The notes under the pieces were generated by a model that saw only the letters and a program-made list of their open reading frames with translations, was not told the DNA's origin and searched no databases. A stretch of DNA of 64,000 nucleotides from Spirochaetales bacterium. GTDB lineage: Bacteria > Spirochaetota > Spirochaetia > JABEVK01. This document shows, piece by piece, positions 8,501-19,029 of the stretch (positions are counted from its first letter, which is position 1; every line of letters starts with the position of its first letter). A program made the position numbers and the translations under genes. Location of the stretch: assembly GCA_037142615.1 (NCBI GenBank), contig JBAXAI010000017.1, positions 13,437-77,436 on the forward strand, read 5' to 3'.

Positions 8501-10793
8501 CCTTCACCTTGAGCTCGTCGCCTTCGACCTCGAGCACGGCCTTGCCACCGTGTTCCAGCTCGCCAAAGAGCACCGAGTCGACAAACCACGCCTTGACGTG
8601 CTCCTCGACGGTGCGGGCAATGTTGCGGGCCCCGTACTCGTCGGAATAGCCCTTGGTCGCCAACCAGGTGAGGGCCGCCGGGGTGACTTCCACGCTGATC
8701 TTCTTCTCTTCCAACAACTTACGGAACTCGTCGATTTCCTTGCTGACGATGTTCTCGATGATGTTCTGCGCCAGGCGATGGAACACCACCACCTTGTCGA
8801 GGCGGTTGCGGAACTCGGGAGCAAACGCCTTTTCGACGGCCCGCAACACTTCGGTGCCGGGGACCACTTTGCTCTCAAAGCCGATCATGCTCTTGCCGAT
8901 CTCGCGGGCACCGGCGTTGCTGGTCATGATGAGAATCACATTGCGGAAGTCGGCCTTGCGCCCTTGGTTGTCAGTGAGCGTGGCGTAATCCATGATCTGC
9001 AGCAAAATGTTGAAAATGTCGGGGTGGGCCTTCTCGATTTCGTCGAGCAGCACCACGGCGTGGGGCGTCTTGCGGATGGCGTCGGTGAGTTGACCGCCTT
9101 CGTCGTAGCCCACGTAACCGGGAGGCGAACCGATGAGGCGGCTCACGGTGTGTTTTTCCTGGTACTCGCTCATGTCGAAGCGGTGCACGGTGAGCCCGAG
9201 TTCGGCGGCCAAGCTTCGTGCCAATTCCGTTTTGCCCACACCGGTCGGTCCCACGAACAAAAAGCTCGCCACCGGTTTGCCCGGTTTTTTGAACCCGGCA
9301 CGGCTGCGCTTGATGGCGGCGGTCACCTCGGCCACGGCGGCGTCCTGGCCGAAGATCACGCCGCGCAGACGCTCAGCAAGCCCGGCCAGCTTGTCTTTTT
9401 CGTTGGTGGTGACGGTCTTTTCGGGAATGCGCGCGATGCGGGCGAGCACCTTTTCGACCTCGATCGGGGTGACGGGCCTGTCGATTTGCGCCTCGCGGTC
9501 GGGGTAGAGGAAGTTGGCCACCCACGCCCCGGCCTCATCGATCACGTCGATGGCCTTGTCGGGCAGGTGCCGTTCGGTAATGAACTGGTGGCTGAGGTCG
9601 ACGGCGCTGTGGAGAGCTTCGTCGCTGTAGGTGACTTTGTGGAACTCTTCGTACTTGGGTTTGAGTCCCTGAAGGATGAGGTAGGCCTCGTCGGTGGTGG
9701 GCTCGAGCACGTCGATCTTCTGGAAGCGGCGGCTGAGCGCACGGTCCTTGTCGAAGTACTTGCGGTACTCCTCGAAGGTGGTGCTGCCGATGCACTTGAG
9801 CTTGCCCGACGCCAGCGCGGGCTTGAGCAGGTTGCTGGCGTCCATGGATCCGCCCGACACAGCCCCGGCGCCGACGATGGTGTGAATCTCGTCAATGAAC
9901 AAAATGACCTTGGGCAAGGCTTGCAGTTCGCTGATCACCTTTTTGAGGCGTTCCTCAAAGTCGCCCCGGTAGCGGGTGCCGGCAATCAGGTTGCCCATGT
10001 CGAGGCTGTACACGCTGTACCCGCGAAGGGCCGGCGGCACCTGATCGGCGACAATGCGCTGGGCCAGACCCTCGGTGATGGCGGTCTTTCCCACCCCGGG
10101 CTCTCCCACGTGGATGGGGTTATTCTTCAGGCGGCGACACAGCACCTGGATGGTGCGTTCCAGAATGTCGGCACGGCCGATCAGCGGCTCGAGCTCACCC
10201 TTTTTAGCCAGGTCGGTCAGGTTGGTGGTGAACTGGTCGAGAAACGACTTCTTCTTTTTTCCTTCGGCCGGGGCAGACTCCGCCGAGGCTTCGGGCTCGT
10301 CATCGGTGCCGCCTTCCCGTTCCAACAGGTCCTCGAGGGCTTCTTCCTCGTCATCGGGGCCATGACTGAGAAAACGGGTGAGGCCCAGGCGGTCGACCCC
10401 TGCGCTGCGGAGCGCAAAAGCCGCGTAGCTGTCCTTCTCGTCGAGGATGCTCACCAGCACGTCGCCAGTTTCCACATCGTCCTTCTGGGCCGAAACCGTG
10501 TGCATGATAGCGCGTTCGATAACGGTCTGAAAACCCAGAGACTGGGTGGGCTCATCTTCGTCAGAAGGTTCGCCGACCACGTCCCTGGCAGGAACTTCTT
10601 TCGCCAGATAGCTTTCCAGCAGATCTCGGACGACCTTGACTTCGCCTCCGCACCCTTCGATCAGCTTGACCTGTGAGTCGAACTGAAGTGAGCACAGCAG
10701 CAGGTGCTCGGGGGTCAGGTACTCGCTTCGGCGGCTCTTGGCCTCTTCAAAGGCCAGATTGAAGATCGCCTGGAGTTCATGGGAAATTTTCAT
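8493..10793 (-). CDS. clpA: ATP-dependent Clp protease ATPase ClpA
   Basis: Two AAA+ modules ([16 protein letters not shown]), no M-domain, IGF loop, adjacent to clpS. Confidence 0.95.
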   Translation of the reverse strand: MKISHELQAIFNLAFEEAKSRRSEYLTPEHLLLCSLQFDSQVKLIEGCGGEVKVVRDLLESYLAKEVPARDVVGEPSDEDEPTQSLGFQTVIERAIMHTVSAQKDDVETGDVLVSILDEKDSYAAFALRSAGVDRLGLTRFLSHGPDDEEEALEDLLEREGGTDDEPEASAESAPAEGKKKKSFLDQFTTNLTDLAKKGELEPLIGRADILERTIQVLCRRLKNNPIHVGEPGVGKTAITEGLAQRIVADQVPPALRGYSVYSLDMGNLIAGTRYRGDFEERLKKVISELQALPKVILFIDEIHTIVGAGAVSGGSMDASNLLKPALASGKLKCIGSTTFEEYRKYFDKDRALSRRFQKIDVLEPTTDEAYLILQGLKPKYEEFHKVTYSDEALHSAVDLSHQFITERHLPDKAIDVIDEAGAWVANFLYPDREAQIDRPVTPIEVEKVLARIARIPEKTVTTNEKDKLAGLAERLRGVIFGQDAAVAEVTAAIKRSRAGFKKPGKPVASFLFVGPTGVGKTELARSLAAELGLTVHRFDMSEYQEKHTVSRLIGSPPGYVGYDEGGQLTDAIRKTPHAVVLLDEIEKAHPDIFNILLQIMDYATLTDNQGRKADFRNVILIMTSNAGAREIGKSMIGFESKVVPGTEVLRAVEKAFAPEFRNRLDKVVVFHRLAQNIIENIVSKEIDEFRKLLEEKKISVEVTPAALTWLATKGYSDEYGARNIARTVEEHVKAWFVDSVLFGELEHGGKAVLEVEGDELKVKVG

Positions 10794-11101
10794 AGGGGCT
10801 CCACGGTGCACTTAAGGGGGTAATCGTTGTCCTGGGCCAGTTTGACCACCTCGTTGGCCTTGGTGGCCGCGATGTCATAGCTGTAATTGCCCACCTTGCC
10901 TTTGCCGCTGCGGTGAACGTCCATCATCTTCTTCAGAGCGTCTTGCTCCTGAAGCTGAAAGATCTTCACCAGCACGTAGACCACAAAGTCGCGGGTGGTG
11001 AAGTGGTCATTGTAGATGACGCAGGAGTAACGGGGCGGCTCGGTGACTTTGTCCCTGGTTTTTTCCAGCAGACCGGTGTCGTTGTTGGCTTGGTTTGCCA
11101 T
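10790..11101 (-). CDS. clpS: Clp protease adaptor ClpS
   Basis: PPRY...NDHFTTRDFVV...MMDVHRSG...YPLKCTVE. Confidence 0.95.
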   Translation of the reverse strand: MANQANNDTGLLEKTRDKVTEPPRYSCVIYNDHFTTRDFVVYVLVKIFQLQEQDALKKMMDVHRSGKGKVGNYSYDIAATKANEVVKLAQDNDYPLKCTVEPL

Positions 11102-11132
11102 GGCAACAATATGGCTTTGACCCCGTCAAAAG

Positions 11133-11957
11133 TCAAATCAGCGCGACACTCAACCAGTCGGCGGCGGGCCTAAGCGGGTCGCGAAGATGGCCCTCGTCCA
11201 GAACCACGGCTTGGCCCGGGAACTCGAGCCGCAGAAGGAAGAACACGCCACCCCCAGCCGCATAGGAATCTTGGCGCTGGCGGAGCAAGTTTCGCGTTTC
11301 GAAAACCCTCCGGCGCGCAAGATACTGAATAATGAGGGTGCCAGGCACGATGCGGTACTCCAGCGGAAAGAAGAAGACGATGCGGATCAACGGAATGCCG
11401 GCGAACGTCCAGAACACCGGCCCCAGCCAACTCTGCCAGGTCGCCAGCAGGGCTCCTGTCAAGGCCGTCCCCAGGGCAAACAGCGTCAGCGAAATCAACC
11501 CCACGAGCGTGCTGCGCAAGCGCAAGGCTTCGCCGGGCACCGGAAAAAGGTCGGGTCGATGGTCGCGGATCTGCTCAAGCAAGTCTTCGAAGCGCAACAA
11601 CTTGTGTGACAGTTTGAGCCGCCCTTCAGGAGACCTCAGGACGGTGTGAAGGTCGCAGGGAATTACCCTTACCTGCGTAAGGGCATCGAGGTGCAGGCGG
11701 CGCGCCCCCCCAAAACTTCGCAGGACCAACGACGTGCCTTCCTCGGACTCGTTCCAATGGACAGTTTCAAACGAGGCAACCCAGTTCGCAGCAAAAAAAC
11801 CACTGACCGCGAGGAAGGTCACAAACGCTACCCAACCGTAAGTGCCCCAGTAGGGCCCCGAAAACAAAACCATGACAAGGGCGACTCCCAGAAACAGGAG
11901 GCTCAGGGTCAGGTTGGTGAGGCGCTCGGGTAGACTCCTGCGGTAGGTTTTCGTCAC
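11133..11957 (-). CDS. Hypothetical membrane protein (two repeats of TM pair plus soluble beta-rich segment)
   Basis: 274-aa ORF filling the gap, four hydrophobic segments. Confidence 0.7.
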   Translation of the reverse strand: MTKTYRRSLPERLTNLTLSLLFLGVALVMVLFSGPYWGTYGWVAFVTFLAVSGFFAANWVASFETVHWNESEEGTSLVLRSFGGARRLHLDALTQVRVIPCDLHTVLRSPEGRLKLSHKLLRFEDLLEQIRDHRPDLFPVPGEALRLRSTLVGLISLTLFALGTALTGALLATWQSWLGPVFWTFAGIPLIRIVFFFPLEYRIVPGTLIIQYLARRRVFETRNLLRQRQDSYAAGGGVFFLLRLEFPGQAVVLDEGHLRDPLRPAADWLSVALI

Positions 11958-11991
11958 GGTGCGTGGTATACTAGCATCTTAAGGAGCTCCT

Positions 11992-12732
11992 GTGAACCGA
12001 CATTGCGGATCCGTCCTGACCCTTGTTGCCGCCTTGCTTTTGGCCCCCGCGTTGGGTATCCCGGCAGCGGCTGAAACCTTGATCGATCAACTCTATGCCC
12101 AGAGGCAGTTTGACTTGGCCGACGCCTACTGGCTTGCGGGCCAGAAGTTCACCGAACTCGGTCAAAAGGAGCGGGGCGCAGAGTTTCAGGCCAAGGCAAA
12201 GCACTTGTTTCCGGGTTATGTTGCCGGCAAGGCTCCCGAGTTTGCCGTGGTTCCCGAGGCCCAAGCGATCGCCGTGGCCGCCGTTCCGGAAACGCCCCGC
12301 ATGCCCGACGTCACGGTGGTCCGCGAGCAGAATCTTCAGGGTGAAAAGATCGCCAAACTCGCCTGGAACAAGCTTCTGCGCGGCTTCCTGAGTTCGAATG
12401 CCGATACCATTGCCTCGGTGCTGGCCGACAAGCTCACCCTACCCCGCGAAGGGAACCCCGAGGTACTCGCCACCGCCGGGATGACAACCCAAATCGAGGC
12501 CTTCTTTCAGGATCATGTGCTCGACGTGTCAGCTCCGGCGGACCTCTACGATCTGGCTTCCATGAAGTCATCGGAAGGGACCGAACCCGGATCGGTGGTC
12601 CTGACCGTAGCGGCGCAACCCGAAGCTCCTGCCGAACTGGAGACTCTTCTCCCCTTCTGGAAGCCTGTGCAGCAGTTTACTTTCGTGCGCAGCGGCGACA
12701 CCTGGAAGCTCGCTGCCATCAGCGGCGAATAG
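11992..12732 (+). CDS. Hypothetical exported protein
   Basis: AAGGAG RBS, signal peptide ending PAAA-ET. Confidence 0.75.
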   Translation: MNRHCGSVLTLVAALLLAPALGIPAAAETLIDQLYAQRQFDLADAYWLAGQKFTELGQKERGAEFQAKAKHLFPGYVAGKAPEFAVVPEAQAIAVAAVPETPRMPDVTVVREQNLQGEKIAKLAWNKLLRGFLSSNADTIASVLADKLTLPREGNPEVLATAGMTTQIEAFFQDHVLDVSAPADLYDLASMKSSEGTEPGSVVLTVAAQPEAPAELETLLPFWKPVQQFTFVRSGDTWKLAAISGE

Positions 12733-14757
12733 CTACTGCGGGCCGAAGTAGGTCAACTGGGCCCGACCGCTCTGCTTGAAGTTCTGAACCTCGACGGTCA
12801 CCGGTATGCTCCGGGTTCCGGCCTCCGGAGGGGTGATGGCTGTGTACTTCAAGCTATACAACCCACTCACCCGCTCGTTCACGGAGGCTTCAAACGGGCG
12901 CAGGTCTTTTTTGACCGACCAAGCCCTGCCCCCCGTGGCTTCCATCAAGTAGCTCAGCTCTGCGGCCAGCGGCGCGTCGTTCACCGAGGCTACGTCAAAC
13001 ACAATGCCGTTGTTTCTCAAGAAGGCCGCTGTTTCGGTCAGATTGAAGCGGGCAAAGCCCTTGGCGGCCACTGTACCACCGGTCACGTACACCACGGTAC
13101 GCCGCTTGAGCGAGGGAATCATCGAAGAGGCCGCTTGGAGGACAGCAAGGTCAAACTGCCCCGTGGTGGTCAGCGTTGCAGGATTCACCGCGGCGTTCTG
13201 GTTTTCGCTGACGCCCGACAACCGCTGGTTTTGCGGCAGCGGGTTGTTCCCCGCAGCGTAAAGCCATACACCGCCCCTGTCAGCGAAGGTTTGCGTAAAG
13301 AATCCTGTGGCCTCGCGGATACCGGCTTCCTCTCGGGCCATGGCAGGGTCGCGGTCAATGACCAGCGCCGTCTCGGACTCGTTGCTACGGTACCCTTGAA
13401 AGGCCAGCGTGGGGGTCACGAGGCGTTTTCCGCTCTCGCTGAGCACAAAATTGCCCACCTTGAGCCCGGTCACTGGGCGGCCCCAACGGTCCTCGACGGT
13501 AAAATCGACCGAAATCTCGGGGTAGGCCTTCGTATTCAAGCGGACAATCCGGACTACCAGGCCGCTGTAGATGGTCTGCCCTTCGGTCAACACGCGGATT
13601 TTGTTGTCGTCAAAATCGGCCAGCACAAGGTTGTGGTTCGCGTCGATGGCCGACGAGGTCACCTTGAGCCCTTGGTTCCAGTCGGGGTCAAACGGCACCA
13701 AAGTATCAGAGGCGGGGTCGAGGAACTGGACCCGGGTCTCGTCGCTGACCAGGAGTCGACCGTCGGTTAGCAACTGCAAGCTCTCGGGGGCCTCCAGCCG
13801 ACCGGCCGCGTAGGTTGCCAGCCAATTGCCGTTGGGATCGAAGGCAAGCACAGACTTCAGGCTCTTGTCGGCCACGTAGACCGTGCTTTCGGTGGCAGCT
13901 AGCCCCGTGGGATTCTTCAGGCCGGCGAAGCCGACCGCCGGTGCCCCAAAGCTGAGCAGGAAGTTCCCCTCGCGGTCGAACTTCTGCACGCGGGAATTAC
14001 CCCAGTCGCTGACGTACAAAGCACTGCCGTCGCTGGCCAAGAACTGCGGCCCCAGAAACTTGCCCTCAGCACGACCCTTGCCTCCGAAACTCTTGGTCTT
14101 CAGGCCGGTGGAATCCAAGATGCTGATCTGGTCGGTCAGGAACTCGCTGACATAGTATTTGTCGTCCAAGACCAGGACATCGAACGGTGCCTGCAAGCCG
14201 CCGACGCCAGCGACCAGTCGCTTGACGAGGTTGCCGCCGGCGTCGATCTGGATCACTTCCTCGGTGCCGAACCCGGCGATCAGGTAACCGCCGTCCGGCA
14301 AGGTACGAAGAGCGCTGGGACGCAGAAAGAGTGTCTTGCCCTGAACGTCCTTGGCTTTTCCCGAAAGCTCGTACAGGGGCAGGTAGCGATCAGGCCCCTG
14401 GGTCTCGCGGTCCAGACTGCGCCGAGCGTCGAGCACGTCGACCCACGCGGTGAGGAGCTCGTTCTTGACGCCGGTTTGAAGCACATGCTTCCACTCGTTG
14501 AGGGCCTGTTCCACCAAACCCGAAGCGTAGAGGGCCTCGCCCAGCCAGGAGCGGGCGGTGGCCGCTTCGGGCTTGGAAACGAGGGCTTTTTCGAAGGCCA
14601 GCACCGCCCGCGAGTATTGTCCGTTGTGAAAGGCCACGACCCCTTCGTGCACCGCTTCGTCGCTGCGTACCTGGTCGTAGTCGAGGGCCTTGGTTTGGGA
14701 ACCCAATGGCGAGGCCAACAGGAGTGCCAGCCAGGCGGTCGCCAACAGAGATTTCAC
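12733..14757 (-). CDS. Exported TPR + NHL-repeat + vWA-like domain protein
   Basis: Signal peptide, TPR helices, NHL repeats (YVSDWGNSRVQKFD), C-terminal GRPVTGL...vWA-like region; GTG overlaps upstream stop. Confidence 0.8.
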   Translation of the reverse strand: MKSLLATAWLALLLASPLGSQTKALDYDQVRSDEAVHEGVVAFHNGQYSRAVLAFEKALVSKPEAATARSWLGEALYASGLVEQALNEWKHVLQTGVKNELLTAWVDVLDARRSLDRETQGPDRYLPLYELSGKAKDVQGKTLFLRPSALRTLPDGGYLIAGFGTEEVIQIDAGGNLVKRLVAGVGGLQAPFDVLVLDDKYYVSEFLTDQISILDSTGLKTKSFGGKGRAEGKFLGPQFLASDGSALYVSDWGNSRVQKFDREGNFLLSFGAPAVGFAGLKNPTGLAATESTVYVADKSLKSVLAFDPNGNWLATYAAGRLEAPESLQLLTDGRLLVSDETRVQFLDPASDTLVPFDPDWNQGLKVTSSAIDANHNLVLADFDDNKIRVLTEGQTIYSGLVVRIVRLNTKAYPEISVDFTVEDRWGRPVTGLKVGNFVLSESGKRLVTPTLAFQGYRSNESETALVIDRDPAMAREEAGIREATGFFTQTFADRGGVWLYAAGNNPLPQNQRLSGVSENQNAAVNPATLTTTGQFDLAVLQAASSMIPSLKRRTVVYVTGGTVAAKGFARFNLTETAAFLRNNGIVFDVASVNDAPLAAELSYLMEATGGRAWSVKKDLRPFEASVNERVSGLYSLKYTAITPPEAGTRSIPVTVEVQNFKQSGRAQLTYFGPQ

Positions 14758-15431
14758 TTGGCTTTGCCTCCGAGAGCCCGTTCGACCTCGACCAAATGGA
14801 CCCGAAAGTCCACGTTGTCGGGTTGGGCATCGACGGCTTTTTGTAGGTAGAGCGCGCCCATTTTGTGCTGTCCCATACGGTAATACACCCACCCCAACGA
14901 ATCGAGATAGGCCGGGTTATCCTTTTTCAGCGTGAGGGCCTTGCGGCAGTACGCCAAAGCCTTGTCGAGCAGCACGCCTTCCTCGGCCAGGATGTAGCCC
15001 ATCGAGTTCAAAGCGTTGGCGTTGTCCGGATCAAGGGCCAAGGCCCTGTTGAGCCACGCGATCCCCTCTTTGCCGCGCCCGAGCGCCCACAGCACGTAGC
15101 CGTAGTTGGAAAAAACCTGAACCGACTCGACGCCCTCTTCGAGCATGCCTCGAAGAGCTGCCTCGGCTTCGGGGTAACGGCGATCCGTTGTCAAAAGGTA
15201 GCTGCGGATCATCTTGGCCTGAAGCAACTTGAGAAAGTTTGTCTCGTGCGAAATCAGAAGCACAAGAGCTGCCAGGGCCTCGTCGGAACGACCGAGCTTC
15301 GAATAGGAAAGCGCCTGGTAGTAGGCGGCCTCGGGCTCGTCTACCGGATCGACGTCTTCCAGAAAGTACAGGGCCTGTTCGTACATGCCCTGAACGAACA
15401 TCCTGACGCCCTCGTCGAAGCCTTCGCTCAC
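14754..15431 (-). CDS. TPR protein
   Basis: ALNSMGYILAE...AYLDSLGWVYY TPR motifs; GTG overlaps surE stop. Confidence 0.85.
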   Translation of the reverse strand: MSEGFDEGVRMFVQGMYEQALYFLEDVDPVDEPEAAYYQALSYSKLGRSDEALAALVLLISHETNFLKLLQAKMIRSYLLTTDRRYPEAEAALRGMLEEGVESVQVFSNYGYVLWALGRGKEGIAWLNRALALDPDNANALNSMGYILAEEGVLLDKALAYCRKALTLKKDNPAYLDSLGWVYYRMGQHKMGALYLQKAVDAQPDNVDFRVHLVEVERALGGKAK

Positions 15432-16153
15432 CAGGTTCCTCCGATCCAAGGGGCCGCAGTAGGTTGGGCAACCATCAGCGACAGCGCCACACACCCGCGT
15501 CGCACAAGGCCCCAGTCGGAGTCGTCGGGGATCTCGTCGTCACGGATCAGTCCCTCGACAAAACAATGCTGATCGCCGCGCGGGTCGGTGAAGGTAACCA
15601 CTTTGTCGAAGTACTTGCGCACCGAAGGAATGGCACTATGGCCGGCGAGTGGCAAGACCGGCTTTCCGGGAAGATTGATGTTCACGAAGTGCCCGGCGCG
15701 GCAAGAGGTCACAGCTTTTTCCCAATGCTCGGCGAGCCAACGGGCACCGGTGTCGAAGTCAAACGGTTGGTGAAACGACGCCAGCGAAACGGCCACCGAC
15801 GGCATACCCGCTAGCGCGCCTTGACGGGCAGCGGCGCAGGTGCCTGAGTAGACGACGTCGGTGCCCAGGTTGGGTCCGTGGTTGATTCCCGAAAGCACGG
15901 CGTCGATACTGGGAAGAAAGTCACCTCGCAGTCCGAGGAACACGCAGTCGGCAGGAGTACCCGAACAGGAAAAACGCCGTTCACCTTCGTGGCGGATGCG
16001 CACCGGGCCCTGGAGGTGTATGGCGTGGCTGGTGCCGGAGCGTTCGCCGTCGGGCGCCACAACCCACACTTCGTGCCGGGAGCCGAAGGCGGCTTCCAGC
16101 GCGGCCAAGCCGGCTGCCCCGATTCCGTCGTCATTGGTCAGTAGAATGCGCAA
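15428..16153 (-). CDS. surE: 5'/3'-nucleotidase SurE
   Basis: ILLTNDDG, GTPADCV, SGINHGPNLG, YSGT; TTG start after GGAGG. Confidence 0.95.
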   Translation of the reverse strand: MRILLTNDDGIGAAGLAALEAAFGSRHEVWVVAPDGERSGTSHAIHLQGPVRIRHEGERRFSCSGTPADCVFLGLRGDFLPSIDAVLSGINHGPNLGTDVVYSGTCAAARQGALAGMPSVAVSLASFHQPFDFDTGARWLAEHWEKAVTSCRAGHFVNINLPGKPVLPLAGHSAIPSVRKYFDKVVTFTDPRGDQHCFVEGLIRDDEIPDDSDWGLVRRGCVALSLMVAQPTAAPWIGGTW

Positions 16154-16176
16154 GGAACCCCTCCCCCGCGTTGATC

Positions 16177-17373
16177 TTAGCCTTCGTGTTGCATTTGGAC
16201 AAGCTGGTGTACTTGCGCGCCGGCCGAGGGTCGCAACGAAATCAGCTCGGCTTTGAAGCCGAAAATCCGCTCGTATTCTTCGGACTGGTGCTTGAACGAC
16301 TTCCACGCTTCGGGCCGAGCCAGGGCCAACACCGCGCCGCCGGACTCTTCACCAGTCATCCGGGCACCCGTCACCAGATCGGTTTCTTGCAGGCGTTTGA
16401 CCAGCCAGTCGATTTCGGGGCACGAGACTTCGTAGAGGTCGCGCAGGCTCTCGTGGGAGCGGTTCATCAACCTGCCGACGGAGGCAAAGTCGCCTTCGCG
16501 AAAGGACTCAAGGGCTTCTTGAGCGCGGGACATCTCGTCGATAACGTGGAGGCTGCGGCGGCGGGCCGACTCCGGCAAAGTTCCAACCCGATCGCGAAGG
16601 TCGGTCTTCGTGTAATCCCTCAGCGAGCGCCCTGGTCTTCCAGTCGCCAACAAGCGAAGGCAGGCCTCGCACTCGGCCCGGGCCCTTCCGGACGAAGAAT
16701 CGAACGAACTGGAGGGAACCCGGGAGTTGATCAACGTCATTTCGCCGGCTTCGGGGGGAAACGGGAGGTTTTCCCACTCAAAACTGCGCGTATCGAGAAA
16801 GAAGAGTTCGTCTTCCTGGCCAAAGGCCTGCACGTACGACGTGGCGGCCGTCGCAGGGAGGGATTCACCACCTTGAGCGAAGTAGGCGGTCTCGGCTTTC
16901 TGAGCCATTTGTATCAGTTGGAGCACCGGAAATCCCGTTCCAAAAAACTCGTTGAACGCGAAAGCCGACGCCAAACAGAGCGCCTGAGAGGAGCCAAGCC
17001 CGATGCCCTGGGGAATATCGCCGCAGATGGAGAGGTCCAGACCATCGATCCGGACACCTTGCTGCGCGAACGCGGCCAAAACCCCTTTGGGGTAGTTCGC
17101 CCAGCGGTCCTCTTTGCGGAACTTCAAGTTTGTGGCGGCGGTTTTTTTGCGCTCGTTGTATTCCCGGGAATGAAACCGGACCAAGGCGTCGGAGCGGGAA
17201 GACACGGTCACGTACACTCGCCGCGAAATAGCTGCCGACAAGAAAAATCCCTTGGCAAACTCGGTGTGGTCACCCAACAGGCTGACCTTGCCCGGAGCCG
17301 AGGCCAGCACGGCGGGAGCAGTGCCATACTCCTTGTGATGCACTTCGTGGCAGGCTTCGAGCTTTGGATTCAA
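16177..17373 (-). CDS. Galactokinase-like GHMP protein with degenerate motifs
   Basis: APGKVSLLGDHTEF, WANYPKG, IPQGIGLGSS, SHESLRDLYEVSCPEID, GARMTG; start uncertain. Confidence 0.8.
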   Translation of the reverse strand: MNPKLEACHEVHHKEYGTAPAVLASAPGKVSLLGDHTEFAKGFFLSAAISRRVYVTVSSRSDALVRFHSREYNERKKTAATNLKFRKEDRWANYPKGVLAAFAQQGVRIDGLDLSICGDIPQGIGLGSSQALCLASAFAFNEFFGTGFPVLQLIQMAQKAETAYFAQGGESLPATAATSYVQAFGQEDELFFLDTRSFEWENLPFPPEAGEMTLINSRVPSSSFDSSSGRARAECEACLRLLATGRPGRSLRDYTKTDLRDRVGTLPESARRRSLHVIDEMSRAQEALESFREGDFASVGRLMNRSHESLRDLYEVSCPEIDWLVKRLQETDLVTGARMTGEESGGAVLALARPEAWKSFKHQSEEYERIFGFKAELISLRPSAGAQVHQLVQMQHEG

Positions 17374-17445
17374 CCGGGGTTTCCTTGAGCCCAGTGTAAG
17401 GGCAAAAGCTGGATTCTTCAACTTTTTTTTCCTATAATGCGATCC

Positions 17446-19029
17446 ATGCTGTTTGCCTTGCTCTGGTCCGTGGGCCTCTCGTCGTTAGCGGTTTCACTGG
17501 CCCAACCGAACGACTTATTTCTGACAGGTTTGCCTTGGTTCGTGCTCGTGGGTTGGGTCCCGTTATTCTGGGCGCTGCGCAACAGCCTTTCCAACCGGAT
17601 GGCAGCGGGTCTGGGCGCGCTGTTTGGTCTTTTGACCACGCTGATGCAGGATTATTGGTTGGCGTTCTTTCAGGACTACGCCTTTTGGACCATCGCCGCA
17701 CCGGCGTTGGGCCTGGCCGGCTACGGGGCCCTTCTGGGGCCGATTCTGCGAACGTTGCTGCGAACCAGAAGCGACTGGCGACCTTTTGCCGTGGGAGCCC
17801 TCTGGGCTGTTTTTGAATACCTCAAGTCCAACGGTTTTCTGGGCTTTCCGTGGGGATTGGCCTCGTATCCTCTGCACGGCTGGCCCGTGTTCCTGCAGAT
17901 TCTCGACGTCACGGGCATTGGGTTCCTGACGTTTGTCGTGATTTCGCTCAACGCCTGGTTGGCCGAAACGATCGGGAGCTTTCCCCGACGTCAAAACCCG
18001 GGGCGGGCCACGTGGGGCGGAGCCCTCTTTCTGGCGGGACTGGTCGCCCTCACCGCTGGCTACGGGCTTCAAAAACTCGATGCACCGGCCGTCGCAGGCA
18101 AGAAAGTTCAGTTGCTGCTGGTCCAGCAAAATGCCGACCCATGGAAGTCGGGCGACGATTTGACTCCACTTCTCACCTCGGTCAAGGAGTCCCAGGAAGG
18201 CCTGAAACAAGCCCCGGGGACCGACCTCGTGGTGTGGAGCGAGACAGCCCTTCGCTATCCGCTCCAAGAATGGAGGCCGTACTACGAGCGCAACCCTGCC
18301 AAGTCGCCGCTGTTCAAGGTGATCCGGTCGGCCACCCCGTTTTGGCTTTTCGGAAACCCGTATTTTCAGGACTACAACCCCGAGAAGGGTCTGCGCGGCG
18401 GCGGCGTCAACGCCACGGTGCTGATGAACCCCCAGGCTCAGATTGTGGACTACTACGGCAAGATCCAGCAGGTGCCATTTGCCGAATACATCCCCTACTG
18501 GGAGGTTCCTGCGGTTCAGAACTTCTTCATCCACGTGGTGGGCCTGGCGGGAAGCTGGGAGCTCGGTCGCCAACTGACGGTGTTCCAGCTTCCTTTGGCA
18601 GCAGGAGGCCAGCTTCATTTTTCGACGCCCATCTGCTTTGAAGACGCCTTTCCGTGGATCAACCGAGCCATGGTGGCCAAGGGAGCCGAAGTGCTGATCA
18701 ACCTCACCAACGATTCGTGGTCGCACCGTGACTCCAGCCAGGAGCAACACCTCATTGCCTCGATGTTCCGTGCGGTAGAAAACCGGGTCCCCTTGGTCCG
18801 ATCCACCAACTCGGGGGTTACGGGGGTCATCGGACCCATGGGCACGTGGCTTGCCGGTCCCCTGCCCTCGTTCCAAAGCGGACACTTGAACGTCGAGCTG
18901 AACTTGCCAGAGGTGAGACCACTGACCTTCTACAACCAGTGGGGCGACTGGATTATTGCGGTGTTCGCGCTGGTATTGGTTCTGGTTCTTCTGGTAGGAG
19001 CCCTGCGTCCCGAGCGGAGAACACTTTGA
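17446..19029 (+). CDS. lnt: Apolipoprotein N-acyltransferase (copy 1)
   Basis: GFPW, nitrilase-fold triad WSETA / YGKIQQVPFAE / PICFED, NLTNDSW. Confidence 0.93.
   Translation: MLFALLWSVGLSSLAVSLAQPNDLFLTGLPWFVLVGWVPLFWALRNSLSNRMAAGLGALFGLLTTLMQDYWLAFFQDYAFWTIAAPALGLAGYGALLGPILRTLLRTRSDWRPFAVGALWAVFEYLKSNGFLGFPWGLASYPLHGWPVFLQILDVTGIGFLTFVVISLNAWLAETIGSFPRRQNPGRATWGGALFLAGLVALTAGYGLQKLDAPAVAGKKVQLLLVQQNADPWKSGDDLTPLLTSVKESQEGLKQAPGTDLVVWSETALRYPLQEWRPYYERNPAKSPLFKVIRSATPFWLFGNPYFQDYNPEKGLRGGGVNATVLMNPQAQIVDYYGKIQQVPFAEYIPYWEVPAVQNFFIHVVGLAGSWELGRQLTVFQLPLAAGGQLHFSTPICFEDAFPWINRAMVAKGAEVLINLTNDSWSHRDSSQEQHLIASMFRAVENRVPLVRSTNSGVTGVIGPMGTWLAGPLPSFQSGHLNVELNLPEVRPLTFYNQWGDWIIAVFALVLVLVLLVGALRPERRTL

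Noticed and set aside
8550-10676. Long antisense ORFs (also 1970-3337, 20598-22193, 53699-54748, 55099-56292)
   Set aside because: Shadow ORFs opposite well-supported genes, expected in high-GC DNA; no protein motifs.
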